Shown: positions 19,311 through 27,817 of the stretch, piece by piece
Layout: each line of letters opens with the position of its first letter
How positions within the stretch are numbered: position 1 is the first letter of the stretch
NCBI GenBank assembly: GCA_937942115.1
Contig: CALDFY010000047.1
Span: 1 to 27,817, forward strand
DNA length: 27,817 bases
Direction: 5' to 3'
Origin: an uncultured Anaerolineae bacterium
GTDB lineage: Bacteria > Chloroflexota > Anaerolineae > B4-G1 > DUEL01
The notes under the pieces: model-generated
Database searches by the model: none
Told to the model about the DNA's origin: nothing
What the model saw: the letters and a program-made list of their open reading frames with translations, nothing else
Position numbers and translations under genes: made by a program

Positions 19311-20012
19311 GTGAACAAAATCCGGGTGCTGATCGTGGACGATCATCCCTTCTTTCGGGAAGGGTTGCGCCGCGTCATTGTGACAGAAGGGGACCTGGAG
19401 GTCGTCGGCGAAGCCTCGGATGGAGAGGAAGCGATAGAGTGGGTGGATCGCCTGCGGCCCGACGTCGTTGTGATGGATGTCAACCTGCCCCGGATCAACG
19501 GCCTGGAGGCCACGCGCCGGATCAAAGACGTCCATCCAGAGGTCGGCGTGGTGATCCTCACCGCCTATGACGATGAAGAGCAGGTCTATCATGCCGTCCG
19601 GGCGGGGGCGTCGGCCTATCATTCCAAAGACGTCACACCGCAAGAACTGGTGCGGACGATTCGCCATGTCCGCGCGGGCCGGTACGTGCTGCGCCAGGTG
19701 GTGTTGAGTACCGAGCAGGAATTGGGGCGGTGGCTGCGGGACCGGTACCGACAGTTCGGCGGCGACGTGCTGGCCGACGAGCGCCATCTGGCCCCCCTCT
19801 CCAGTCGGGAGATGGAAGTGTTGCGCCTGATGGTGGCCGGGATGAGCAATAAAGAAATCGCCTACCGCCTGGGCATCAGTCACCAGACCGTGAAGAACCA
19901 TGTGACGGCGATTCTCAACAAACTGGGCGTCGCCGACCGGACTCAGGCCACCGTCTACGCGCTGCGACATGGGTGGATTCCACTGAGGTCTTCTGACCAG
20001 TGCCAGACGTAA
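19311..20012 (+). CDS. NarL/DegU-family response regulator (receiver + LuxR HTH)
   Basis: LIVDDHP, VVMDVNLP, ILT and SK receiver motifs; LSSREMEVL..GMSNKEIA..TVKNHV HTH. GTG start follows GGAGG. Confidence 0.95.
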   Translation: MNKIRVLIVDDHPFFREGLRRVIVTEGDLEVVGEASDGEEAIEWVDRLRPDVVVMDVNLPRINGLEATRRIKDVHPEVGVVILTAYDDEEQVYHAVRAGASAYHSKDVTPQELVRTIRHVRAGRYVLRQVVLSTEQELGRWLRDRYRQFGGDVLADERHLAPLSSREMEVLRLMVAGMSNKEIAYRLGISHQTVKNHVTAILNKLGVADRTQATVYALRHGWIPLRSSDQCQT

Positions 20013-21829
20013 CGTCCTCTGTGGTTGCCATTGCCTTTCAACCTCTGGGGAAAAGGGGGACGGTCCCGGCGGGTGTTTCGGTACTGGAAGCGGCCCGGCG
20101 GCTGGGCGTGGGCCTCAGTGGAGTCTGCGGGGGGGCGGGGGTCTGCGGGACCTGCCGGGTAGTGGTTCCCCCGGAGTATCGGGACGCGCTCTCTCCCCTT
20201 TCGGACACGGAGCGGGAGCGGCTGGGTGGAGCGGAACGGGAGCAGGGGGTCCGGCTGGCCTGCCGGGCCCTCATCCGGAGGGCCCTGCAGGTCTTCGTCC
20301 CGCCGGAGTCCCTGACGGCCAGCCAGCGCACCCAGGTGGAGGGCCGCCAGACGCCGGTGCGGATAGACCCCGTCGTCGTCCCCGCCGACCTCTCTCTCCC
20401 TCCTCCCAGCCTTTCCGACCCGCGCAGCGACGCCGAGCGCATCCGGGACGGCCTGGGCCGCCCGGTCCGGGTAGACCTGGAGGTCCTGCGTCGTGCTCCT
20501 TTTCCCCTGCGGGAGTGGGGATGGGTCGCCCGGGCCGTCCTGCGCGGGGACGAAGTGGTCGCCCTCCTGCCCCCGGGTGCCCCGCTGATGGGGGTGGCCG
20601 TAGACCTGGGGACGACGAAACTGGCCGGGTATCTCCTGAATCTGGAGACGGGGGAGACCCTGGCCAGCGCCGGGGCCATGAACCCCCAACTGGCCTACGG
20701 GGAAGATGTGATGGCCCGCATCACGTACGCCCTGCAGGAGCCGGAGGGGGCGGAGCGCCTCCGGCAGGCGGCAGCGGACGGGTTATCTCAACTGGTGGCG
20801 GACCTCTGCAGCCGGGCCGGCGTTCAACCCGAGCAGGTGGTAGAAGCGGTGGTCGTGGGCAATACGGCCATGCACCACCTCTTCCTGGGACTCCCGGTCC
20901 GTCCCCTGGGGCTGGCCCCCTACGTCCCGGTGGAAAGTGCCCCCCTGGACGTCCGGGCCCGGGAGGTCGGCCTTCCCCTGGCCCCGGGGGCGATGGTTCA
21001 CGTCCTGCCCAACGTCGCCGGATTCGTCGGCGCGGACCACGTAGCGGCGCTGCTGGCGACCCGGATGGATGAGGCAGACCGCCCGACGCTCCTGCTGGAC
21101 ATCGGTACCAATACCGAGATTGGCCTTTCCATTGGGGGGAACCTGTTTTCCTGTTCCGCCGCCTCCGGCCCGGCTTTTGAGGGCGCGCATGTCCGCTTCG
21201 GGATGCGCGCAGCGCCCGGAGCGGTGGAGCGGGTGCGCATCATTGAGGGGCGGGTGTACTGGGAGACGGTGGAGGGAGCCCCGCCCGTCGGTATCTGCGG
21301 TTCGGGGATTCTGGACGCGGTCGCCGAATTGCGGCAGGCAGGCTTCCTGAACGGGCGCGGCGGCTGGGCCGACCCGGAAGGCCGGGGCTCTTCTCCGGTC
21401 ATCTCCACCGATAACGGCACGGAGTTTGTCCTGGTCCCGGCGGAGTTTTCCGGCCTGGGGCGCGCGATCACCATCAGCCGGAAGGACGTGGGGGAGATTC
21501 AACTGGCGAAGGCCGCCATTGCGGCGGGCTGGCAGATTCTGCTGGAGGAGGCGGGCATCCGGGAGTCCGACCTGGAGCGGGTGCTGGTCGCCGGCGCCTT
21601 CGGGACGTACATTGACATCGGGCATGCGGTGGCGATGGGGTTGCTTCCGCGCCTGCCCCTGGATCGGTTTGAGCAGGTGGGCAATGTGGCGGGGACAGGG
21701 GCGCGGATGGCGCTCCTTTCCCGCGCCGAACGGGAACGGGCGGCCCACCTGGCCCGGCGGGTCCGCTACGTGGAGTTGACGGTCCACCCCTCCTTCCGGG
21801 AGCGGTTCGCCCAGGCACTGCAACTGTAG
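20000..21829 (+). CDS. ASKHA-domain ATP-dependent reductive activator of corrinoid proteins (RACo/RamA, DUF4445) with N-terminal 2Fe-2S ferredoxin
   Basis: CGGAGVCGTC..RLAC ferredoxin; AVDLGTTK, YGEDVMARI, FVGAD, LDIGTNTE, GPAFEG, GICGSG and AGAFG. Start approximate. Confidence 0.9.
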   Translation: MPDVTSSVVAIAFQPLGKRGTVPAGVSVLEAARRLGVGLSGVCGGAGVCGTCRVVVPPEYRDALSPLSDTERERLGGAEREQGVRLACRALIRRALQVFVPPESLTASQRTQVEGRQTPVRIDPVVVPADLSLPPPSLSDPRSDAERIRDGLGRPVRVDLEVLRRAPFPLREWGWVARAVLRGDEVVALLPPGAPLMGVAVDLGTTKLAGYLLNLETGETLASAGAMNPQLAYGEDVMARITYALQEPEGAERLRQAAADGLSQLVADLCSRAGVQPEQVVEAVVVGNTAMHHLFLGLPVRPLGLAPYVPVESAPLDVRAREVGLPLAPGAMVHVLPNVAGFVGADHVAALLATRMDEADRPTLLLDIGTNTEIGLSIGGNLFSCSAASGPAFEGAHVRFGMRAAPGAVERVRIIEGRVYWETVEGAPPVGICGSGILDAVAELRQAGFLNGRGGWADPEGRGSSPVISTDNGTEFVLVPAEFSGLGRAITISRKDVGEIQLAKAAIAAGWQILLEEAGIRESDLERVLVAGAFGTYIDIGHAVAMGLLPRLPLDRFEQVGNVAGTGARMALLSRAERERAAHLARRVRYVELTVHPSFRERFAQALQL

Positions 21830-21866
21830 CGCAACTCCTGTGGAATTGCGCCACGAGGAGATGGTC

Positions 21867-23171
21867 ATGAGAAGGTTCATGAGATGGGTGCTGATTCTGG
21901 GATGGATACTGGCCTCCGTTGGCCCCGTCGCTGCCCAGGACGGGCGAACGGTCTACGTGCTCACGGTGGACGGCGCCATCACAGCGACCATCAATGACTA
22001 CATCGCCCGGGGCATCCGGCTGGCGGAGCAGAATGAGGCCGAGGCGATGGTCATCCGGCTGAACACCCCCGGCGGGGATTTGTCCTCTACCACCCGCATT
22101 ATGGAACGGCTGGAGAACGCCAAGGTGCCGGTGATTGTCTACGTTTGGCCGCGCGGGGGCATGGCCGCCTCCGCCGGAACGCTCATCCTCCTGGCGGGCC
22201 ACGGGGCGGCGATGGCCCCCCGGACGACCATCGGCGCAGCCCATCCGGTGGTTTCCCCCGGCGCTGAGGAGGCCGTCAGTCCGGAAATGATGGAAAAGGT
22301 CGTCAACGTGATGGCCGAGCACGCCGCCCTCTTCGCCCAGCGGCGCGGCCAGGCGGCAGTGGACTGGGCCCAGCGGGCCATCCGGGAGAGCGCCACGGCC
22401 GGGCCCGAAGAGGCGCTGGAAATGGGGGTGATTGACCTCATTGCGGCCGATATGGACGAGTTGCTCCGGGGCTTTGACGGCCGCACCGTCACCCTGGGGG
22501 ACGGTACGGAGGTGACGTTCCATACCGCCGGGGCGGCCCTCCAGGACGTCCCTCTTTCCCCGATAGAACGGTTGCTTCAGGTATTGATTAACCCCAACGT
22601 CGCCTTTATCTTGCTGACCATCGGCGTGCAGGCCATTCTGATAGAACTCTCCTCTCCGGGCGGGTGGGTCGCGGGCTTCGTCGGCGTCCTCTGTCTGGCC
22701 CTGGCCGCCTACGCGCTGGGCGTCCTTCCCTTCAACTGGCTCGGACTGGTGCTGATAGGTGCGGCGATTGTCCTCTTCATCCTGGACATCAATGCCCCGA
22801 CGCACGGCGCGCTCACCGCAGCCGGGACGGTCACCTTCATCGCCGGCGCGATGATCCTGTTCAACGCGCCGCTTTCCCCCTACGGTCAGATTTCCCTGCC
22901 CCTGGTCATCGTCGTGGGAATCCTGACGGCGCTCTTCTTCGCCTTCGTCATCGCCAAGGCCCTGCAGGCCCAGAAACCCCGCTCCGTCACCGGACGGGAG
23001 GGACTGGTGGGGCGGACAGGAGTCGCCAAAAGCCGTTTAGACCCCGAGGGCTGGGTGCTGGCGGCAGGGGAACTCTGGCGGGCCATCTCCGAAGAGGGGA
23101 CGGTGGAGGAAGGGGAAGAGGTAGAGGTGGTTCGGGTGGAGGGTTTCCGCCTGTATGTGCGTCGGCGCTGA
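21867..23171 (+). CDS. nfeD: NfeD long form (membrane-bound ClpP-class serine protease plus C-terminal OB fold)
   Basis: Signal peptide; LNTPGG, GMAASAG (catalytic Ser), IGAAHP and EK (Lys); TM block; G.V...GELW.A OB domain. ATG 21867 follows GAGGAG. Confidence 0.9.
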   Translation: MRRFMRWVLILGWILASVGPVAAQDGRTVYVLTVDGAITATINDYIARGIRLAEQNEAEAMVIRLNTPGGDLSSTTRIMERLENAKVPVIVYVWPRGGMAASAGTLILLAGHGAAMAPRTTIGAAHPVVSPGAEEAVSPEMMEKVVNVMAEHAALFAQRRGQAAVDWAQRAIRESATAGPEEALEMGVIDLIAADMDELLRGFDGRTVTLGDGTEVTFHTAGAALQDVPLSPIERLLQVLINPNVAFILLTIGVQAILIELSSPGGWVAGFVGVLCLALAAYALGVLPFNWLGLVLIGAAIVLFILDINAPTHGALTAAGTVTFIAGAMILFNAPLSPYGQISLPLVIVVGILTALFFAFVIAKALQAQKPRSVTGREGLVGRTGVAKSRLDPEGWVLAAGELWRAISEEGTVEEGEEVEVVRVEGFRLYVRRR

Positions 23172-23236
23172 ACGTGCCTGGCACGTCCCGAAGCAAACCG
23201 CCTGGCCTGTATCGCAGGCAAACAGCCTACGCCACT

Positions 23237-23896
23237 ATGGAACTGGACCCATCGGCCATTGACGCGCTGTTCTTTGACCTGGACGGCACCCTTCTGGACT
23301 CGGACGACGAGGGGGTGGAGGCGCTGGCCCGCTGGCTGGGCCGGCTGGGCGTTCGGGACGCCCGTCACCGGGCGCGCCGCATCGTGATGCGGATGGAGAC
23401 GCCGGTCAACGCCCTGATGACGGCCCTGGATACGGTGGGTCTGGATACGCCCCTATTGGGCTTCTCGGAATGGCTGCGCCATCAGCGCCGCCGCACGACC
23501 CCTCGCTTTCGTATCGTCCCTGGTTCGGAGGAAGCGCTTCGTCTCCTGGCCCGCTCTTACCGGCTGGCCGTCGTCACGACGCGGGGCCGCAGAGATGCTC
23601 AGGCCTTTCTGGAAAGTTTCGGCCTCTCTGACCTCTTTGAGGCGGTGGTCACCCGGGAGTCTACCTGGCGGCTGAAGCCCCATGCGGCTCCCATTCGCTA
23701 CGCGGCCGGGCGGCTGGACCTGCCGCCCCACCGCTGCGCGATGGTGGGCGATACCCCGGTGGATATGCGCGCGGCCCGTCAGGCCGGGGCGTGGGCCATC
23801 GGCGTCCTCTGCGGCTTCGGCGAGCGGGACGAACTGGAACGGGCCGGCGCCCACCTGATCGTCCCCTCTCCGGCGGACCTGCCCTCAGTGCTGTAG
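23237..23896 (+). CDS. HAD-superfamily hydrolase (phosphoglycolate phosphatase-like)
   Basis: FFDLDGTL, VVTTR, KPH..P and MVGDTPVD; start ATG 23237. Confidence 0.9.
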   Translation: MELDPSAIDALFFDLDGTLLDSDDEGVEALARWLGRLGVRDARHRARRIVMRMETPVNALMTALDTVGLDTPLLGFSEWLRHQRRRTTPRFRIVPGSEEALRLLARSYRLAVVTTRGRRDAQAFLESFGLSDLFEAVVTRESTWRLKPHAAPIRYAAGRLDLPPHRCAMVGDTPVDMRAARQAGAWAIGVLCGFGERDELERAGAHLIVPSPADLPSVL

Positions 23897-23916
23897 CGTA
23901 AGATTTATCTTGCGCC

Positions 23917-23986
23917 TCACCCAAAGACACGGAGACACAGAGAGGGGGCATTGCGTTTTCTTTGTGTTCTTTGTGTCTCTGTGTGA
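23917..23986. repeat. ACACAGAG/CTTTGTGT 9-nt-period inverted repeat between convergent HAD and glnA genes
   Basis: AAAGACACGGAGACACAGAG ... CTTTGTGTTCTTTGTGTCTCTGTGTG. Confidence 0.65.
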
Positions 23987-23995
23987 AGCGCCGCG

Positions 23996-25330
23996 CTACG
24001 CCGTCTCCAGGTACCGCTCCAACTCCCACGGGGTGACCTGGATGCGGTACTCCTCCCACTCTTTCCGCCGGGCCCGCAGCATGGTCTCCACAATCGCAGG
24101 GCCCAGTGCCTCCTGGATGACCTCGTCCCGCTCCAGTTCATCCAGCGCCTCCGCCAGCGTGCCGGGCAGGGTGCCGATGGAGCGCTCCCGCAGGGCCTGC
24201 TCGTCAAAATGATAGACGTCTTCGTTGACCGGCGGCGGCGGGGTCAGGCCCTTCTCTATCCCGTCCAGTCCGGCGGCCAGCATCGCCGCGAAGGCCAGGT
24301 AGGGGTTGGCGCTGGGGTCAGGGCAGCGCAGTTCAATCCGCGCCGCCTTCTCCCGTCCGGCCCGCACCGCCGGCACCCGGATGAGCGCGGAGCGGTTCAG
24401 ATGGGCCCAGCAGATGTAGACGGGCGCCTCGTAGCCGGGAGTCAGCCGTTTGTAACTGTTCACCGTGGGGGCAACGACGGCCGCCAGTGCCCGCGCGTGG
24501 ACCATCTGCCCGGCAATGAACTGATACGCCAGCCGGGAGAGATGATACGGGTCATCCGGGTCATAGAAGAGGTTGCGCCCGGACGGGTCGGAGAGGCTCT
24601 GGTGGGTGTGCATCCCGGAGCCGTTGATGCCGAAAATGGGCTTGGGCATAAAACTGGCATAGATGCCGTGGCTGGCGGCGATGGCCCGCACCGTATATTT
24701 GAAGGTGACGGCGTTATCGGCGCTGGTGAGGGCGTCGGCGTAGTGGAAGTCTATCTCGTGCTGACCGGTGGCGACCTCGTGGTGGCTCATCTCCACCTGG
24801 ATGCCCAGGGCCAGGAGCATCAGGACGATTTCGCTGCGCACCTGCTGGGCCTCGTCCCGGGGGGAGAAGTCAAAGTAGCCGCCGACGTCGTGGGGGACGG
24901 GGCGGAGTGCGGCATCGCTGTTGCGCCGGAAGAGGAAGAACTCTATCTCCGGGCCGACGTTATAGATGTACCCCTTCTCGGCGGCCCGCTGGAGCATCCG
25001 CCGGAGCGTGGAACGGGGGTCGCTGGGCGAGGGCTTCCCGTCCGGGTCGTAGACGTCGCAGAAGATGCGGGCGCGCCGCCGCTCCGGTTCGCTCCACGGG
25101 AGCACCCGGTAGGTTGTTGGATCGGGCATCAACAGACGGTCGCTCTCGTAGATACGGGCGAAGCCCTCTATAGAGGAGCCGTCAAACCAGACGCCGTTCT
25201 CCAGCGCTTCCTCCAACTGGGTCACCGGGATGGTGACGCTTTTGACGGTGCCCAGGATGTCCGTGAATTGCAGGCTGACGAAGCGGACACCGTCCTCCCG
25301 TGCGCGGGCGATCAGTTCTTCGCGGGTCAT
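23996..25330 (-). CDS. glnA: Glutamine synthetase type I
   Basis: FDGSSIEGF, GPEIEFF, HHEVATGQHEI, PKP..G.NGSGMH.HQS, NSYKRL.PGYEAP, NRSALIR and RIELRCPDP. Confidence 0.97.
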   Translation of the reverse strand: MTREELIARAREDGVRFVSLQFTDILGTVKSVTIPVTQLEEALENGVWFDGSSIEGFARIYESDRLLMPDPTTYRVLPWSEPERRRARIFCDVYDPDGKPSPSDPRSTLRRMLQRAAEKGYIYNVGPEIEFFLFRRNSDAALRPVPHDVGGYFDFSPRDEAQQVRSEIVLMLLALGIQVEMSHHEVATGQHEIDFHYADALTSADNAVTFKYTVRAIAASHGIYASFMPKPIFGINGSGMHTHQSLSDPSGRNLFYDPDDPYHLSRLAYQFIAGQMVHARALAAVVAPTVNSYKRLTPGYEAPVYICWAHLNRSALIRVPAVRAGREKAARIELRCPDPSANPYLAFAAMLAAGLDGIEKGLTPPPPVNEDVYHFDEQALRERSIGTLPGTLAEALDELERDEVIQEALGPAIVETMLRARRKEWEEYRIQVTPWELERYLETA

Positions 25331-25338
25331 CTCTCCTC

Positions 25339-25394
25339 CGTATTGCGTATTGCGTATTCCGTATTCCGTGCGACCTGCGACTTGCGACCTGCTA
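25339..25394. repeat. Two abutting heptamer repeats: 4x CGTATTS then 3x TGCGACY
   Basis: Read directly in the aspS-glnA spacer. Confidence 0.75.
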
Positions 25395-27155
25395 CTCCAC
25401 CACCCGGATGTGCAACTCCGCCAGTTGCTCCGGGTCCACCGGGGAGGGGGCGTTGGCCATCAGGTCCACTGCCTGGCCGGTCTTGGGGAAGGCCATAACC
25501 TCCCGGATGCTCTCCTCGCCGGCCAGGAGCATCACCAGCCGGTCAATGCCGGAGGCGATGCCGCCGTGGGGCGGGGTGCCGTACTCAAACGCCTCCAGCA
25601 TATGGCCGAACCGCTCCCGGGCCTGCTCCACGTTCAGCCCGATGAGCCCGAAGATTTTCTCCTGGACGTCCCGTCGGTGAATCCGGATGGAGCCGCCCGC
25701 AATCTCTTCCCCGTTGCAGACCAGGTCGTACTGCTGGCCGCGCGCTGCACCGGGGTCGGTATCCAGGAGCGGCAGGTCCTCCGGCATCGGCGCAGTGAAG
25801 AGATGGTGGCTGGGGTCCCAGCGGTGCTCGTCCTCGTTCCACTCAAAGAGCGGAAAGTCTATCACCCAGCAGAAGGCCATCGCCTTGGGGTCGCGCAGGC
25901 CCAGTCGCCTGCCCAGTTCCAGCCGCAGTTCGGAGAGGGCGGCCGCCACCACCGGGGGCCGGTCCGCCACAAAGAGCAACAGGTCGCCGGGCCGGGCTTC
26001 CATCCGGGCGATGATGGCCTGGACCTGCTCCTCCGTCAGGAAACGGGCGAAGGAGGAGCGGGCCTCGCCCTCGGCGCCCAGGGCCAGCCAGGCAAGTCCC
26101 CCCGCCCCCTCCTTTTGAGCCAGCGCAGTCAGTTCGTCTATTTGACGGCGGCTGTATCCGGCGCAGCCGGGGGCACGGATGCCCTTCACCTGCCCGCCCG
26201 CCGCGACGGCCTGGGCAAAAATCCCGTAGCCGCTTCCGGCGACCAGGTCGGAAACGTCCACCAGTTCCATCCCGAAGCGGAGGTCGGGCTTATCGGTGCC
26301 GTAGCGGGCCATCGCCTCGGCATAGGAGAGGCGGGGGAACGGTTTGGTCAGCAGACGGCAGTCGGAGCATTCCTCCACGATGCCGATCATCAGTTCCTCT
26401 ATGAGCGCCATAATGTCTTCCCGGGTGACGAAACTCATCTCCAGGTCCAGTTGGGTGAACTCCGGCTGCCGGTCGCCGCGCAGGTCCTCGTCCCGGAAGC
26501 AACGGGCGATCTGGAAGTATCGCTCAAACCCGGCCACCATCAGGAGTTGCTTCAGTTGCTGGGGGGATTGAGGCAGCGCGTAGAACTTGCCAGGGTGAAT
26601 GCGGCTGGGGACCAGGTAGTCCCGGGCGCCCTCTGGCGTGCTCTTGAAGAGGATGGGGGTCTCAATCTCCAAGAAGCCGCGCGCGTCCAGGAAGTCCCGG
26701 ATGTATTTGACGACGCGGTGGCGGAGGATGAGATTGCGCTGCATCCGGCGGCGCCGCAGGTCCAGGTAGCGGTACTTCAGCCGCAGCGTTTCGTCCACCG
26801 GGCTATCCTCAAAGATAGGGAAGGGGGGCGTCTTGGCCGGGTTGAGGATGACGATTTCGTCGGCCAGGACCTCAATCTCGCCGGTCTCCATGCGGGGGTT
26901 GACCCGTTCGGCGGGGCGGGGGCGGACGGTGCCGCGCACCTGGAGGACGTACTCCTGGCGGACACGGGCGGCCAGTTCATGGGCCTGGGGAGCGTGCGCA
27001 ATGTCGGCGACGATCTGGACGATGCCGGAGCGGTCGCGCAGGTCCACGAAGATGAGGCCGCCGTGGTCTCGCTGGCGGTTAACCCACCCGGCCAGGGTGA
27101 CGCTCTGGCCGACGTGGTGGGCGCGCAGTTCGCCGCAGGGATGGGTCTTGAGCAT
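25392..27155 (-). CDS. aspS: Aspartate--tRNA ligase (possibly non-discriminating Asp/Asn)
   Basis: [60 protein letters not shown] domain, GGSIRIH and PPHGG. Start ATG 27155 follows CAGGAGG. Confidence 0.97.
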   Translation of the reverse strand: MLKTHPCGELRAHHVGQSVTLAGWVNRQRDHGGLIFVDLRDRSGIVQIVADIAHAPQAHELAARVRQEYVLQVRGTVRPRPAERVNPRMETGEIEVLADEIVILNPAKTPPFPIFEDSPVDETLRLKYRYLDLRRRRMQRNLILRHRVVKYIRDFLDARGFLEIETPILFKSTPEGARDYLVPSRIHPGKFYALPQSPQQLKQLLMVAGFERYFQIARCFRDEDLRGDRQPEFTQLDLEMSFVTREDIMALIEELMIGIVEECSDCRLLTKPFPRLSYAEAMARYGTDKPDLRFGMELVDVSDLVAGSGYGIFAQAVAAGGQVKGIRAPGCAGYSRRQIDELTALAQKEGAGGLAWLALGAEGEARSSFARFLTEEQVQAIIARMEARPGDLLLFVADRPPVVAAALSELRLELGRRLGLRDPKAMAFCWVIDFPLFEWNEDEHRWDPSHHLFTAPMPEDLPLLDTDPGAARGQQYDLVCNGEEIAGGSIRIHRRDVQEKIFGLIGLNVEQARERFGHMLEAFEYGTPPHGGIASGIDRLVMLLAGEESIREVMAFPKTGQAVDLMANAPSPVDPEQLAELHIRVVE

Positions 27156-27360
27156 GGTACCTCCTGGGGATGGATGGTAGCGCAGGATTCTATCTTGCGC
27201 GATGATAAAGCGACAGGCCGCCCTCCTTGTGGGGGGCGGCCTGGCCGTGAGCAATCGGTTGATTCACCGCGCGGTAGCAACGGCTACCGCCCCTCGGGCG
27301 GGCCGGGCCGGCGGTTATTATCCACAACCATCGGACGGTACATCGGGTCCTCCATCGCTG

Positions 27361-27388
27361 ATTATATCACCTTTTGGAAAAATGGCAA
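27361..27388 (-). promoter_or_regulatory. Putative distal promoter for aspS
   Basis: TTGCCA-16 bp-TATAAT with extended TG on the minus strand, about 200 bp upstream of the aspS start. Confidence 0.55.
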
Positions 27389-27433
27389 GCGGGCGCGCAG
27401 GCGACTCATCCCGGAGAACACACAGGCCGCAGT

Positions 27434-27817
27434 CCTGCCTCCCGCCTCCTGCCTCCTGCCTCCCGCCTCCTGCCTCCCGCATCCTGCCTCCCGCCTCCTG
27501 CCTCCCGCCTCCTGCCTCCCGCCTCCTGCCTCCTGCCTCCTGCCTCCTGCCTCCCGCCTCCTGCATCCTGCATCCTGCATCCTGCATCCTGCGTCCTGCC
27601 TCCTGCCTCCTGCCTCCTGCCTCCTGCGTCCTGCCTCCTGCCTCCCGCCTCCTGCCTCCTGCTTCCTGCCTCCTGCCTCCTGCCTCCTGCCTCCTGCCTC
27701 CTGCATCCTGCATCCTGCATCCTGCATCCTGCATCCTGCAGCCTGCCTCCCGCCTCCTGCCTCCTGCCTCCTGCCCCCTGCCTCCTGCCTCCCGCCTCCT
27801 GCCTCCCGCCTCCTGCG
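27434..27817. repeat. Long heptamer tandem array, ~55 units to the window edge (CCTCCTG, CCTCCCG, CATCCTG and rare variants)
   Basis: Uninterrupted period-7 repeat, pyrimidine-rich on the + strand. Confidence 0.95.

Noticed and set aside
27318-27734. Three overlapping minus-strand ORFs of QEAGGRR repeats
   Set aside because: They arise because the heptamer contains no stop codon in any minus frame; no evidence for a real protein.

Overview
GC-rich bacterial chromosomal window; gene content and intergenic repeat style suggest an anaerobic Chloroflexota (Anaerolineae-like) genome, which is an inference. It is mostly housekeeping: PIN/TRAM (yacL-like), cysS, rlmB, holB, PHP, spoVS, an ECF sigma/anti-sigma pair, two NUDIX genes (one NrtR-like), an orphan solute-binding lipoprotein, Fe-ADH, gyrB, a NarL-type regulator, an ASKHA/RACo activator, nfeD, a HAD hydrolase, glnA and aspS. 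Four accessory elements stand out. (1) An AT-richer N4/N6 DNA methyltransferase fused to a DHH/RecJ-like domain sits between cysS and rlmB. (2) A 532-aa Ser1 LAGLIDADG intein lies in the GyrB ATPase motif and resembles archaeal PolB inteins. (3) Two ~270-bp hairpin-rich MITE copies have IS186/IS4-like ends, and their core is homologous to a 91-92-bp tandem repeat after holB. (4) Several heptamer repeat families occur, including a ~55-unit array upstream of aspS. No tRNA, rRNA, CRISPR array or transposase was recognised. All family assignments come from reading motifs by eye; no database searches were run.
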